Notes: generated by a model not told the origin, from the sequence alone. 64,000 nt of DNA from an uncultured Chloracidobacterium sp. (GCA_964583955.1 CAZOXY010000001.1:167553-231552); one strand, 5' to 3'; counted from the first letter of the stretch, positions 28,096 through 38,202 are shown. Program-made: numbers and translations.

Positions 28096-28644
28096 CTAGG
28101 AAAGTTCAGAATCTCTTCTCAATAGATCGGTCGTTTCTTCTGTAACACTTGGCGGCGGCTTTACCATTTGACTTGTTACCGCATCAGGCGGGAAATATGA
28201 GCCTGCCGGTTCTGAGCTTGCGGGAGGCAAAATATCACGAGACCTTAAATTGATATCCGCCATGTTTTTCGGTGATGTTTCCTTTTCGGCTGTCTGTTTT
28301 GAAGAAACCGTCGGCCCGTTAAAAAAGAATGCGAAGAGCGGCTTCATATAGATAAGAAACATTATGAATACCCAGGAAAGGATCAATAATACTATTGGAA
28401 CAAAACTTTCCCGTGGGGCAAATATTGCGATCAAGCACACAAAGAAGGAGAAGAAGAACATTAAAAGAGAGCCGAACGTCAGATAGCGTCGGCGAAACGC
28501 CGGATCGATGACAGTTGGGCCAATGGAATTTTCCGTGTCATCACCTTCAACAAGAGCTTTTATTACCTTTAGGCGAAATCCGCAACGCGAGCAGAAGCGA
28601 GTATCTTCAACACTTTGCTGATGGCCGCATTTTGGACAAAACAT
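28096..28644 (-). CDS. zinc-ribbon domain membrane protein
   Basis: N-terminal CPKCGHQQ...FCSRCGF zinc ribbon, two TM segments and a disordered C-terminus. Confidence 0.55.
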   Translation of the reverse strand: MFCPKCGHQQSVEDTRFCSRCGFRLKVIKALVEGDDTENSIGPTVIDPAFRRRYLTFGSLLMFFFSFFVCLIAIFAPRESFVPIVLLILSWVFIMFLIYMKPLFAFFFNGPTVSSKQTAEKETSPKNMADINLRSRDILPPASSEPAGSYFPPDAVTSQMVKPPPSVTEETTDLLRRDSELS

Positions 28645-28800
28645 AAAGGATCTCCTTTGTTGTAAATGTTAGTAAAGCTGATCGGAAGGATCACAAACAA
28701 TAACGATAAGGATTCAAATAAAGTTCGAGGAAATGCCTAACTTGGTTGCACCTAAGGAACCGGTGTTCCAATTATCCGCATTGCTTCAGTCGATATTTTG

Positions 28801-29805
28801 CTAAACGATATCCAACATCATTTCTTCGTTATCTCCTGCCTCGATCCGTCCTTCCTGGTCACTGCAGAACTCGGTGACGAGGCGCGTGAAAAGCCCGCTC
28901 TTTTCCTCTTGCGGAACGTGTCCGCAGTTTTTCAGCACGACCAGCCGCGAATTTACTATCGAACCGTAGAGCTTATATCCGTTGATCAACGGAATTACCT
29001 TGTCTTCCTCGCCCCAGATCAAAAGGGTTTGCTGTTCTATCATGTGGGCATCTTTCTCAATGCGGTTGGCGTGCCAGTTTCGCGAGGTTGCCAGCACCGA
29101 ATGATGCCCGTCCGCCGCCGCCAGCGGACGCTGGACGTTTGCCACTCTTTCATCATCTATCAGGTGATGGTTGACCGGCGCAAGCGTAAAGTGCATCCGC
29201 CGCCGAAGAAATATTTTCGAATCAATTAGAAAGGGAGTCATAACCTCGCCGACGCCGGGTACCGAAGCCAGCTTCAGCAAGGGGTGATTCTTTACATCGT
29301 CATTGATAACGGCCCCGACAAGGATCAGCTTTTCAACACGGTCGGGGTGATCGAGCGCTATCGTGGCCGCGACCGCTCCGCCGTATGAACTTCCCGTCAG
29401 GGCGGCCCGCCCGATGCCGAGTTTGTCCATCAGCCGCACTATCATCCTTGCCTGTGAACTGATGGTGTAATCGAACCATGCCGGTTTTTCCGAATATCCA
29501 AAGCCGACAAGGTCAACGGCGATAACGTAAAAGCCGGCATCGGCGATCTGCGGCGCGACCGTACTCCAGACATAAGCGGATGCGGTAAAACCGTGTATCA
29601 GGATGATGGACGGATCACCCTTCTTTCCAAATTCCTGGTAATGAAGCCGCGTGCCGTCAACCGATGTGAATCTGGAGTTTTCCGAATGCAGCACCTTATC
29701 CGAAACGTGATCCCAGTCAACGGTACTTTGACGCGTCAGCATCTTTACGGCGACAGCACCGCCTATCAAACCCATGGCTCCGATGGCCAGATCTCTTTTC
29801 TTCAT
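28801..29805 (-). CDS. alpha/beta-fold hydrolase
   Basis: HGF oxyanion motif (LIHGFTAS) and nucleophile elbow GSSYGG. C-terminal GHVPQEE (catalytic His). Confidence 0.85.
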   Translation of the reverse strand: MKKRDLAIGAMGLIGGAVAVKMLTRQSTVDWDHVSDKVLHSENSRFTSVDGTRLHYQEFGKKGDPSIILIHGFTASAYVWSTVAPQIADAGFYVIAVDLVGFGYSEKPAWFDYTISSQARMIVRLMDKLGIGRAALTGSSYGGAVAATIALDHPDRVEKLILVGAVINDDVKNHPLLKLASVPGVGEVMTPFLIDSKIFLRRRMHFTLAPVNHHLIDDERVANVQRPLAAADGHHSVLATSRNWHANRIEKDAHMIEQQTLLIWGEEDKVIPLINGYKLYGSIVNSRLVVLKNCGHVPQEEKSGLFTRLVTEFCSDQEGRIEAGDNEEMMLDIV

Positions 29806-29814
29806 ATGTGAATT

Positions 29815-30708
29815 CTAACCCAAAACCAATCGCGGGCGAACAGAATTTTCAGTCGCGTCAAATATTCCGATCGCTATCAGATCGCCGTCAGGCCCCAACA
29901 TGCGGACCGTTTCGCCATCGGCAAAACCGCCGTCCTGAATACGGGTGGACATCCCGTTCAATGTTCTTGCGACGCGTTCCTGGTTTAGCTTCATTGACGG
30001 AAACCGCGCGACGGCATCTGTCATCGGAAGAAGCATTTGCCCCGGATCGGCTGTGGCGTCGATCTCGTCCAGCGAATGTGCGGTCGATATGCTGAAAGCA
30101 CCGGCGCGTGTTCTTCTCAGTTCATTCAGGTGAGCGCCCGTGCCAAGAGCTCGTCCAAGGTCTTCGGCAAGCGTTCGTATATACGTCCCGGCGGAGCAGA
30201 CAACGCGCATTCTGAAAGAAGACAACTCATTCTCAATGTCATCGCCGTTGATCAGCTCAATTCTTTTTATTTCTACCTTGACGGCTTTTCGCTCTATTTC
30301 CACGCCGGAACGAGCCAGCTCATACAGCTTTTTGCCATCCACTTTTTTGGCCGAGAACATCGGCGGGAGCTGTTCGATATGGCCTGTGAATTGTTTCAGC
30401 ACAGATCTGATCTCTTCCCGCGAGGTAGTTTCACGGTCAAATGTTTTTTCGCGTTTGTTTCCGGTCAGGTCGCCAGTATCGGTTTCGTATCCCAGCTTTA
30501 CAACCGCCTCGTATTCCTTTTCGTCCTTGTCTAAAAATTGTGCAAGCCTCGTAGCTTTTCCGACCAGAGCAACAAGAACGCCGGTAGCGAAAGGATCGAG
30601 GGTTCCCGTGTGTCCGACCTTTTTTGTGTGAAGCGCCTTTCTAATGCGGTTCACGACATCATGAGATGTCATTCCGGCGGGTTTGTCTAATATTAAAAGT
30701 CCGTGCAT
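29815..30708 (-). CDS. truB: tRNA pseudouridine(55) synthase
   Basis: GLLILDKPAGMTSHDVV, GHTGTLDPFATGVL (catalytic Asp), and a PUA-like C-terminus. Confidence 0.93.
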   Translation of the reverse strand: MHGLLILDKPAGMTSHDVVNRIRKALHTKKVGHTGTLDPFATGVLVALVGKATRLAQFLDKDEKEYEAVVKLGYETDTGDLTGNKREKTFDRETTSREEIRSVLKQFTGHIEQLPPMFSAKKVDGKKLYELARSGVEIERKAVKVEIKRIELINGDDIENELSSFRMRVVCSAGTYIRTLAEDLGRALGTGAHLNELRRTRAGAFSISTAHSLDEIDATADPGQMLLPMTDAVARFPSMKLNQERVARTLNGMSTRIQDGGFADGETVRMLGPDGDLIAIGIFDATENSVRPRLVLG

Positions 30709-30802
30709 TGTGTTTCCGAACTGTATCTTCTCATATTCCGGCGGTCAAAGGCTGCGGTGTGGCTTCGTTCTCTCAAACCTGACCGTGTATCATCATATTC
30801 CT

Positions 30803-31351
30803 ATGCGACGCCGAAGGTTTGAACCAATTGACGATTCCGAACGTGTGGTAAAAGACCGCCGGCGCTCGCGTGAACGGACAATGCATCGCGCCATACGGCT
30901 GCTCGCCGCAAAGCCGCGTTCCGTCAAGGAACTTCGCATCCGCCTTCTGGAAAAATTGTGGACCGACAAGGAAATAGTTGATGAGGTCATTGAAAAGTTA
31001 GAAGAGTACAAATATCTGGATGATGAACAATTCGCATCTGACACGGCCCTTTCAAAATTACGGCAAAAACCGCAAGGGGCAAGAAAGCTTCGGCAAACAC
31101 TCTCACGAAAACAGTTGGATAAGGATGTCGTCGAAACAGCGATACAAACTGCGTTTGAAAAAATGCCCGAAGAAGAGCTGATTATAAAGGCAATGAAAAA
31201 ACGCATCAGGCTGAAAGGCGTTCCGCAAACACGCGAGGAAATGAAAAAATTCAACGATCATCTGCTGCGGCAGGGGTTTTCATACGGCCTGATAAGGGAA
31301 AATTTTAAAAACGCGGTGTCACAGGCCGACCAGTCCAACGAAGATAGCTGA
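30803..31351 (+). CDS. recX: RecA regulator RecX
   Basis: Three-helix repeats: AIRLLAAKPRSVKELRIRL, VIEKLEEYKYLDDEQFA, LRQKPQGARKLRQTLSRKQLD. Lies directly upstream of alaS as in many bacteria. The internal ATG at 30803 was chosen. Confidence 0.8.
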   Translation: MRRRRFEPIDDSERVVKDRRRSRERTMHRAIRLLAAKPRSVKELRIRLLEKLWTDKEIVDEVIEKLEEYKYLDDEQFASDTALSKLRQKPQGARKLRQTLSRKQLDKDVVETAIQTAFEKMPEEELIIKAMKKRIRLKGVPQTREEMKKFNDHLLRQGFSYGLIRENFKNAVSQADQSNEDS

Positions 31352-31407
31352 CGGGCAAGCGTTTTGCCGAGCGAAATTCCATAATGTGATGCGAAATGTT
31401 GTGATAG

Positions 31408-32247
<840 letters not shown>

Positions 32248-32252
32248 CCGTT

Positions 32253-32600
32253 ATGATTGCCTACTCACCAATTATGACATTTTTCGGTTTGGTGACTATT
32301 ACCCTAATCGCCTTTCTGATTTCCGGGACCACTGCCATTGCAATGAATGGCTTTTACCGAACAAGTTTCAAAACCCGCTTGGTGTCCAGTATTGTGGTCG
32401 GGACAATTGTATGTCTCGTAACTCAGATCATTCTAATTACTGCTCTTGGGCCTCTTAAATGGCTGAATGGTGAGCCAATGAATTTCCAAACAGTGTTATG
32501 GGATTATTCCGCAATAATTGCTTTGGTTAGTACAATCGTAAGTGTGGTTTTTTGGCAAACATTCCGGCGGTTTTCGTTAAAGTCGCCAGAGATGACATAG
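32253..32600 (+). CDS. small integral membrane hypothetical protein
   Basis: 115 aa, 3-4 TM. GAGG 8 nt upstream. AT-richer than the flanks. Confidence 0.45.
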   Translation: MIAYSPIMTFFGLVTITLIAFLISGTTAIAMNGFYRTSFKTRLVSSIVVGTIVCLVTQIILITALGPLKWLNGEPMNFQTVLWDYSAIIALVSTIVSVVFWQTFRRFSLKSPEMT

Positions 32601-32601
32601 G

Positions 32602-32817
32602 ATGAAAGTTCTCTTGATCGAAAACCAACCGCTCACCCGTCTTGGCGTACGGGCAGTTTTTGAAGGTGAGGCGGACATGGAACTTGCCGGTGAGGCCGAG
32701 ACCGCTGCCGATGGCTTTGCAAAATTTCGGGAATTGTTGCCAGATGTTACGATCCTTGGGCTTAGGCTGCCCGATTCGTGTGCCATTGATGATCTGGACG
32801 ATCTGCGGATCGATTAA
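32602..32817 (+). pseudogene. truncated duplicate of the N-terminal half of the receiver domain of the 33908-34540 regulator
   Basis: 71 codons, MKVLLIENQPLTRLGVRAV...FAKFRELLPDVTILGLRLPDSCAIDDLD, then an unrelated tail and a stop. The 3' part is nearly identical in nucleotides to 34022-34119. Confidence 0.5.
32701..32798 (+). repeat. direct repeat copy A (98 nt, 3 mismatches to copy B)
   Basis: Aligned by eye to 34022-34119 at an offset of 1321 nt. Mismatches at 32766, 32767 and 32787. Confidence 0.9.
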
Positions 32818-32827
32818 ACAGGAGAAG

Positions 32828-33874
32828 ATGATCATGTTTTCTAGCTCTCAAAAGTTGCGACTCTCTTTAACGGCTTTAGTGTTCATATTGTGTATATTTA
32901 CTGTATCGGTCACTTCTCAGATCGCCGGCGGCCTGACTGATACCACCAGGACAGATCTCGGAGGGAAGCATTATATCAGCGGAACGGTTTTTCTTCCTTC
33001 AGGGGTGCCGGTCAACACCAGGATCACGGTCAGGCTGACGTCAATGACGGCAGGCGAGATCATAGGCTCGACCGACGACCGGGGTTCGTTCGTTTTCAGC
33101 GGTCTTCCGGAAGGAAGCTATGTTGTAACCGTTGTCGAAAGCGGACAGTACGAAATGGCAGTACGCCATGTCGATATTTCAGTTTCTCGCGGAAGCATGC
33201 CCCAGGCATTTAATCTCACGATCAGGCTGTCTGAAAAAAGGGGAGATGAAAAAAAGCCCGGTGTTATAAATGCGGAAAGCTCAAAGACCCCCAAAAAAGC
33301 TCTTGAACATTATACAAAGGCTCTGGACCTTTCAAACAAGGGCGACCACAATAAGGCCGTAAAGGAATTGAGGCTTGCCCTTTCAATTTATCCATCGTTT
33401 GTCGCGGCGCTGACTGAGTTGGGGATCCAATATATCAATCTCAACGATATGCAAAAGGCGGAAGAAGCATTTCTTTCAGCAATAAACATTGATCCGCAAG
33501 CCTTTGAGCCGCACGTTAATTACGGGGTCTTGCTTGTCCGTTCAAAACGCTTCTCAGAGGCTGAGCCTATTCTGCAAAAGAGTTTGCAGCAAAAAAGCGG
33601 CCACTCCGTAGCTCATTACTATCTAGGGCGTGCGTTTGTTGGCTTGAGCAGATTTGAAGATGCCGTCACAGAGTATAAAAAAGCCATAGAATTCGGCGGG
33701 GCCAATGCCAGAGAGGCTCATAGAATGCTGGGGAGTGTTTATCTGGAGATGGGAGAGGATAAATTGGCAGTTAGTTCTCTAGAGGCATATCTGGAGCTTT
33801 TCCCAAAGGCCCCTGATGCCGACAAGCTTCGCGATGTTATTCAGGCGCTGAAAGAGCGAAGTTCCGATCAGTAG
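32828..33874 (+). CDS. secreted carboxypeptidase-regulatory-like domain plus TPR-repeat protein
   Basis: ATG at 32828 after GGAGAAG. Signal peptide. ISGTVFLPSGVPV...TDDRGSFVFSGLPEGSYVVTV (CarboxypepD_reg-like), then at least 4 TPR units. Confidence 0.7.
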   Translation: MIMFSSSQKLRLSLTALVFILCIFTVSVTSQIAGGLTDTTRTDLGGKHYISGTVFLPSGVPVNTRITVRLTSMTAGEIIGSTDDRGSFVFSGLPEGSYVVTVVESGQYEMAVRHVDISVSRGSMPQAFNLTIRLSEKRGDEKKPGVINAESSKTPKKALEHYTKALDLSNKGDHNKAVKELRLALSIYPSFVAALTELGIQYINLNDMQKAEEAFLSAINIDPQAFEPHVNYGVLLVRSKRFSEAEPILQKSLQQKSGHSVAHYYLGRAFVGLSRFEDAVTEYKKAIEFGGANAREAHRMLGSVYLEMGEDKLAVSSLEAYLELFPKAPDADKLRDVIQALKERSSDQ

Positions 33875-33907
33875 TTTTGTAGTTATGCGCGGCCAGGTCA
33901 TTGTTTT

Positions 33908-34540
33908 ATGTATAGTGCCGGTACAAAAGTTTTGCTGATCGAGGCACAGCCGCTTACTCGGTTGGGGGTGAGGGCGGTAGTCGCCGAAGAAGCCGGGCTG
34001 GAACTGCTTGCTGAAGCGGCTACCGCTGCCGATGGCTTTGCAAAATTTCGGGAATTGTTGCCAGATGTTACGATCCTTGGGCTTAGAATGCCCGATTCGT
34101 GTGCCATAGATGATCTGGATAATTACTTTGTGCATACGCCAAATGCAAAGATCATTGTTTTAGCCGAACACGCAGGCGACGCGGAGATAACCCAGGCATT
34201 GAAAAAAGGAGCGGCCGGTTATATATGCAAGGATGTGACGCCGCAGGAACTGACAGACGCCATCAAAACCGTTGCTGCCGGAAGAAAATACATTCCCGGA
34301 AACGTCGCCAGAATATTAAGTGAAACTATGGGGCAGGAAGAACTTACAGCCACGGAAGCCAATGTTTTGCGGATGATCGTCGGCGGAATGTCGAACAAGG
34401 AGATCGCCTTTGCAATGGACATTTCGGAAAACACGGTCAAATCTCACATTCAGAATATTTTTGGCAAAATAGGCGTTTCCGACCGGACATCAGCCGCCAC
34501 GACGGCAATAAAACGCGGTCTGGTAAGGGTAGATCTATGA
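33908..34540 (+). CDS. NarL/FixJ (LuxR)-family response regulator with an aspartate-less receiver domain
   Basis: C-terminal LuxR HTH (LTATEANVLRMIVGGMSNKEIAFAMDISENTVKSHIQNIFGKIGVSDR). The receiver has LLIEAQP instead of DD and ILGLRMP instead of the phospho-acceptor D. Confidence 0.85.
   Translation: MYSAGTKVLLIEAQPLTRLGVRAVVAEEAGLELLAEAATAADGFAKFRELLPDVTILGLRMPDSCAIDDLDNYFVHTPNAKIIVLAEHAGDAEITQALKKGAAGYICKDVTPQELTDAIKTVAAGRKYIPGNVARILSETMGQEELTATEANVLRMIVGGMSNKEIAFAMDISENTVKSHIQNIFGKIGVSDRTSAATTAIKRGLVRVDL
34022..34119 (+). repeat. direct repeat copy B (inside the intact response-regulator gene)
   Basis: See copy A. Confidence 0.9.
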
Positions 34541-35220
34541 ACGAGATCAAAAATGCATTGACCGACTACTCGGAGGCCTTTACATCAGGCGAAAGTGCTG
34601 TTTTACAAGAGCTTCGCGAACACTGCTACAAGCATTATGAGGATTCATCAATGCTTTCGGGCTTTTTTCAGGGGCGCGTGTTGGCAATGCTTTCCAAGAT
34701 GATAAGACCGACGTATGTCCTGGAGATCGGTACTTATCTTGGTTATTCCACTCTTTGTTTTGCCGAAGGTTTGGCGGATGGTGGAAAGGTAATTACATTA
34801 GATGTACTTGAAGACACGAATAAAGTTGCAAGATCGTTCGTTGAACGAACTGAATACAAAGACAGCATCAAGTTTCATCTCGGAGACGCACTTGAGATCA
34901 TCCCTAAACTGACGGAAACGTTTGACCTCGTCTTTATCGACGCCGATAAACCCAATTATTCCAACTATTACGATCTGGTCTTCGACAAAATTCGTCCAGG
35001 CGGATTCATAATTGCCGACAACGTCCTCTGGAGCGGCCGCGTTCTCGAAGCCGATAAGGATGAGAATACAAAAGCGCTACATGAATTCAACCAAAAGGTT
35101 TTGGCGGACAGTCGTGTTGCAAATGTGCTTTTGCCGATACGAGACGGATTGATGGTGGTGATCAAGGAGGGTTATGATGGTATTCACAGTCCCATGGAGT
35201 TTGCCTCTGGCTATGTTTAG
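34537..35220 (+). CDS. class I SAM-dependent O-methyltransferase (caffeoyl-CoA OMT / YrrM-like)
   Basis: VLEIGTYLGYS (SAM motif I), DLVFIDADK, GGFIIADNVLW. The start overlaps the regulator stop (ATGA). Confidence 0.85.
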   Translation: MNEIKNALTDYSEAFTSGESAVLQELREHCYKHYEDSSMLSGFFQGRVLAMLSKMIRPTYVLEIGTYLGYSTLCFAEGLADGGKVITLDVLEDTNKVARSFVERTEYKDSIKFHLGDALEIIPKLTETFDLVFIDADKPNYSNYYDLVFDKIRPGGFIIADNVLWSGRVLEADKDENTKALHEFNQKVLADSRVANVLLPIRDGLMVVIKEGYDGIHSPMEFASGYV

Positions 35221-35332
35221 CGGCCTTATCTACCATGCTACCGTGAACGGTGAAAAGATCATTACAAGCGGAATGTTCGTCGGGGCCGTTTTAAATTCCA
35301 CTATATTTATACTTTTGCGCAGCCGTCAATAA
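35174..35332 (+). CDS. possible small hydrophobic protein overlapping the 3' end of the methyltransferase gene
   Basis: AAGGAGG three nt upstream of ATG 35174. About 52 codons encoding MMVFTVPWSLPLAMFSGLIY...GMFVGAVLNSTIFILL. Not in the supplied ORF track (below its length cut-off). Confidence 0.25.
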   Translation: MMVFTVPWSLPLAMFSGLIYHATVNGEKIITSGMFVGAVLNSTIFILLRSRQ

Positions 35333-35503
35333 GCGTACTTGATTTTACACCACCCAAAAGTATTAGATTCTGCTTACCGTAATTGATGAATACAATCGGC
35401 GTCTGATTCGATAGACTCTATTTAATAGCTTTGCAGCTTGGCGTATTTACGGAAATCTTCCGTAAAAGAACCAGCGAGCAAGTTTGAACAAGGAGGATCG
35501 ATA

Positions 35504-36400
35504 ATGACAGCACCATCAACAAAAACGAAACAGTTCAAGACCGTAGAGCGGATAGTTGCCCCGCCGCCGGCGCATTGGGTGGGCGATGGTTTTCGCGTGC
35601 ATGGTTTTTTACCGCATGGGCCGCTTGACGCGGAACGGATGAGTCCTTTCTTTTTGCTGGACTACAATTCCAAATACGATTTTCCGCCGAGGGAAATACC
35701 TTACGGTGTCGGCCCTCATCCGCATCGCGGGTTTGAGACAGTGACCATTGCCTACAAAGGACGCGTCGCTCATCACGACAGCCGCGGCGGCGGAGGCGTG
35801 ATCGGCGAGGGCGATGTGCAGTGGATGACAGCGGGCAGTGGGTTGCTGCACAAGGAGTATCATGAAAAGGAATTCACACGCACAGGCGGCGAATTTCAGA
35901 TGGTGCAGCTCTGGGTCAATCTGCCGGCAAAAGACAAGATGACCGAGCCGAAATATCAGGCGATAACCAACACTGAAATGGGCAGAAAAGATATTTCGGG
36001 CGGAGGCTACGTTGAGGTGATCGCGGGCGAATTTGAGAGCGTGAAAGGTCCGGCGACGACGTTCTCTCCGGTACATCTTTACAACCTCAAGCCAAAAGCC
36101 GGTGCCGAGATAAAGCTGAGCTTTCCCGCCGCATACACAACGGCGATACTTGCGATAGAAGGTTCGGCGACCATAAACGGCGAAAAGAAACTCGCGACAG
36201 ATCACCTTGCGGTATTTGCAAATGACGGCGAGGATTTCACCGTAAAGGCAGACGAAGATGCTGTTCTGCTCTTGATGAGCGGCGAACCGCTGAATGAGCC
36301 TATCGCACAATACGGCCCGTTCCTGATGAACACCAACGCTGAGATCGCCGAGGCGATAGATGATTATCAGCAAGGCAAATTCGGGTATTTGGCGGCTTAG
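35504..36400 (+). CDS. pirin-family (bicupin) protein
   Basis: HPHRGFETVTIAYKG...H.DS.G..G....GDVQWMTAGSGLLHKE metal-binding motif. GGAGGA upstream of ATG 35504. Confidence 0.9.
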   Translation: MTAPSTKTKQFKTVERIVAPPPAHWVGDGFRVHGFLPHGPLDAERMSPFFLLDYNSKYDFPPREIPYGVGPHPHRGFETVTIAYKGRVAHHDSRGGGGVIGEGDVQWMTAGSGLLHKEYHEKEFTRTGGEFQMVQLWVNLPAKDKMTEPKYQAITNTEMGRKDISGGGYVEVIAGEFESVKGPATTFSPVHLYNLKPKAGAEIKLSFPAAYTTAILAIEGSATINGEKKLATDHLAVFANDGEDFTVKADEDAVLLLMSGEPLNEPIAQYGPFLMNTNAEIAEAIDDYQQGKFGYLAA

Positions 36401-36498
36401 ACCAGGACAAGAAGCCCGGACGAAATGAGGCATTTGATATGGAAAAAATGCCGTTGCTTTGTGCGGGCTTCTGCAATAATGGTGTACTATCACGAACG

Positions 36499-36867
36499 AT
36501 GAAGCTGATAGCAAAAATACTCACGGCGCTTGTTGCCATAGAGCATATTGGGATCATGATCCTGGAAATGTTCTTTTGGGATCATCCGATCGGACAGCGG
36601 ATCTTTGCAATGACGCCGGAAGTTTCTGCCGCGTCCGCCGTCCTTGCCGCAAATCAGGGCCTCTATAACGGATTTCTTGCTGCGGGCCTGGTTTGGGGAC
36701 TTTTAAGCGGCCGGCGAGAAGTGAAACTTTTCTTTCTTGGCTGCGTGGTCATCGCCGGAGTATTCGGCGCGGCAACAGCAAAACCGTCAATATTTTTTAC
36801 ACAAGCTCTTCCGGCAATTATTGCACTTATTGCAGTTCTGCTAACCGAAAGAAAAAAAGACGGATAG
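36499..36867 (+). CDS. DUF1304-family small membrane protein
   Basis: ALVAIEHIGIMILEMFFW...LAANQGLYNGFLAAGLVWGL matches my recollection of DUF1304. The internal ATG at 36499 was chosen. Confidence 0.65.
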   Translation: MKLIAKILTALVAIEHIGIMILEMFFWDHPIGQRIFAMTPEVSAASAVLAANQGLYNGFLAAGLVWGLLSGRREVKLFFLGCVVIAGVFGAATAKPSIFFTQALPAIIALIAVLLTERKKDG

Positions 36868-36873
36868 ACCGAT

Positions 36874-38112
36874 CTAGCGAACGATGCTTGCCGTCACCTT
36901 TTCTATAAACTCGTTTATCTTCCCGTTCTCTATCCAGCGGGCGACGATGACGATGTCGTTATCGGGATCGATATAAATGATGTTTGTTCCGTTGCCGACG
37001 TGGACAAAAGCTGACACCGGCGCCGCGGGATAAAGTTTACGGTCGGTATTGAGGAACCAGTTCATAAAGCCGTATGTCGGCTGTGCCGCTGTAGGAGTTC
37101 TGGCCTGTCGGTTAAAGTCCTCGGATAATATCTGCTTGTTTCCCCACTTTCCGTTTCTGGAAGTCAACAGGCCAAACCTTGCCATGTCATAGGCGTTTAT
37201 GAACATTCCGCCGCCCCAGTGTCCGCCGCCGCTGACGGCTTGTGAAATTTGTCCGTCCATAATTACGAACGAATTTTCATAGCCGAACCACCGCCACGTA
37301 TTGGAGGCTCCTATCTCGTCCATGACGTATTCTTTCAGCACTTGCGGCAAAGGCCTCCGCCAGACATTCTGTATCGCCAGAGCCAGCACATTTACACGAA
37401 CGTCATTGTATTCATAGACCGCACCGGGTGCGTTCCTTTCGCGTTCTAGCCATTTGGACGTGTCGCGGTCTGGCCGATCGGCCCAGTCAAATTTTCCCCA
37501 CAGAGTACCTTCCCAGTCGCTCGTTTGCCGAAGCAGATGATCCCATGTGATCTTGCGGTTGTGCGGCGTCGCGAAAAGCTCTATGAAATGATCTTTTCCA
37601 AAGCGTTCCTGTGCGTCAAATCTTTGTCCGGGAACATATGAAGCGACAGGAGAATCATACTCGGCAGCTTTGTCATTCAGATCTCTGACAAGCTTGCGGT
37701 CAAATGCCAAACCGACCGTTGTCGAGATAAAGCTCTTTGTCACGCTGAAGGTCATGTCCACCCGCGACGGGTCGCCCCATTCGGCAACAATATAGCCGTT
37801 ACGGATGACGATGCCGGTCGCGTCGCCGCGTTCCTTGAATCTGCCGATGGCGTTGCCAAACGGTTCACGGCCGAACGATTGATAATGTGCGAGTTCAAGG
37901 TCTCGCGTGACCTTTGCTTCGCTCGCTATCGCAAATTCGACGGCCTCTTTCAGCTTGCTCGGATCAAGTTTGAGCTGTTCGGGAGATCGTTTTACCCATT
38001 GACCGGCGGGCGGCACATAAACGTTCTGTGCCTGCATTTGCAAACACACTCCCGCAGAAGCGAAGATAAAAACAAACAAAATGAGCTTATGTCCGAATGA
38101 TCCGCTGTGCAT
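36874..38112 (-). CDS. secreted beta-lactamase-fold serine hydrolase
   Basis: SxxK motif SVTKSF. Signal peptide. About 410 aa. Confidence 0.75.
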   Translation of the reverse strand: MHSGSFGHKLILFVFIFASAGVCLQMQAQNVYVPPAGQWVKRSPEQLKLDPSKLKEAVEFAIASEAKVTRDLELAHYQSFGREPFGNAIGRFKERGDATGIVIRNGYIVAEWGDPSRVDMTFSVTKSFISTTVGLAFDRKLVRDLNDKAAEYDSPVASYVPGQRFDAQERFGKDHFIELFATPHNRKITWDHLLRQTSDWEGTLWGKFDWADRPDRDTSKWLERERNAPGAVYEYNDVRVNVLALAIQNVWRRPLPQVLKEYVMDEIGASNTWRWFGYENSFVIMDGQISQAVSGGGHWGGGMFINAYDMARFGLLTSRNGKWGNKQILSEDFNRQARTPTAAQPTYGFMNWFLNTDRKLYPAAPVSAFVHVGNGTNIIYIDPDNDIVIVARWIENGKINEFIEKVTASIVR

Positions 38113-38202
38113 GAAAATGTCTCCTTTATTGTCCGTGATGCCGTGACAGCCACAGTGAGAGCCTTGAACCGGTGTTCAGGCTGCTTTGTTATCGTGTGTC
38201 GC

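Noticed and set aside
32642-32827. 410-aa version of the TPR gene starting at 32642
   Set aside because: The extension reads through the duplicated receiver fragment in a different frame. The ATG at 32828 is preceded by GGAGAAG and followed directly by a signal peptide.
35609-36514. Long antisense ORFs, e.g. 35609-36514, 31258-32070, 23855-24595, 38467-39192, 8046-8657, 19844-20524, 43095-43535
   Set aside because: Each lies opposite a gene with clear family motifs (pirin, alaS, serine hydrolase, thrA, M1 peptidase, etc.). They have Arg/Cys/His-rich compositions typical of non-coding frames and lack SD sequences.
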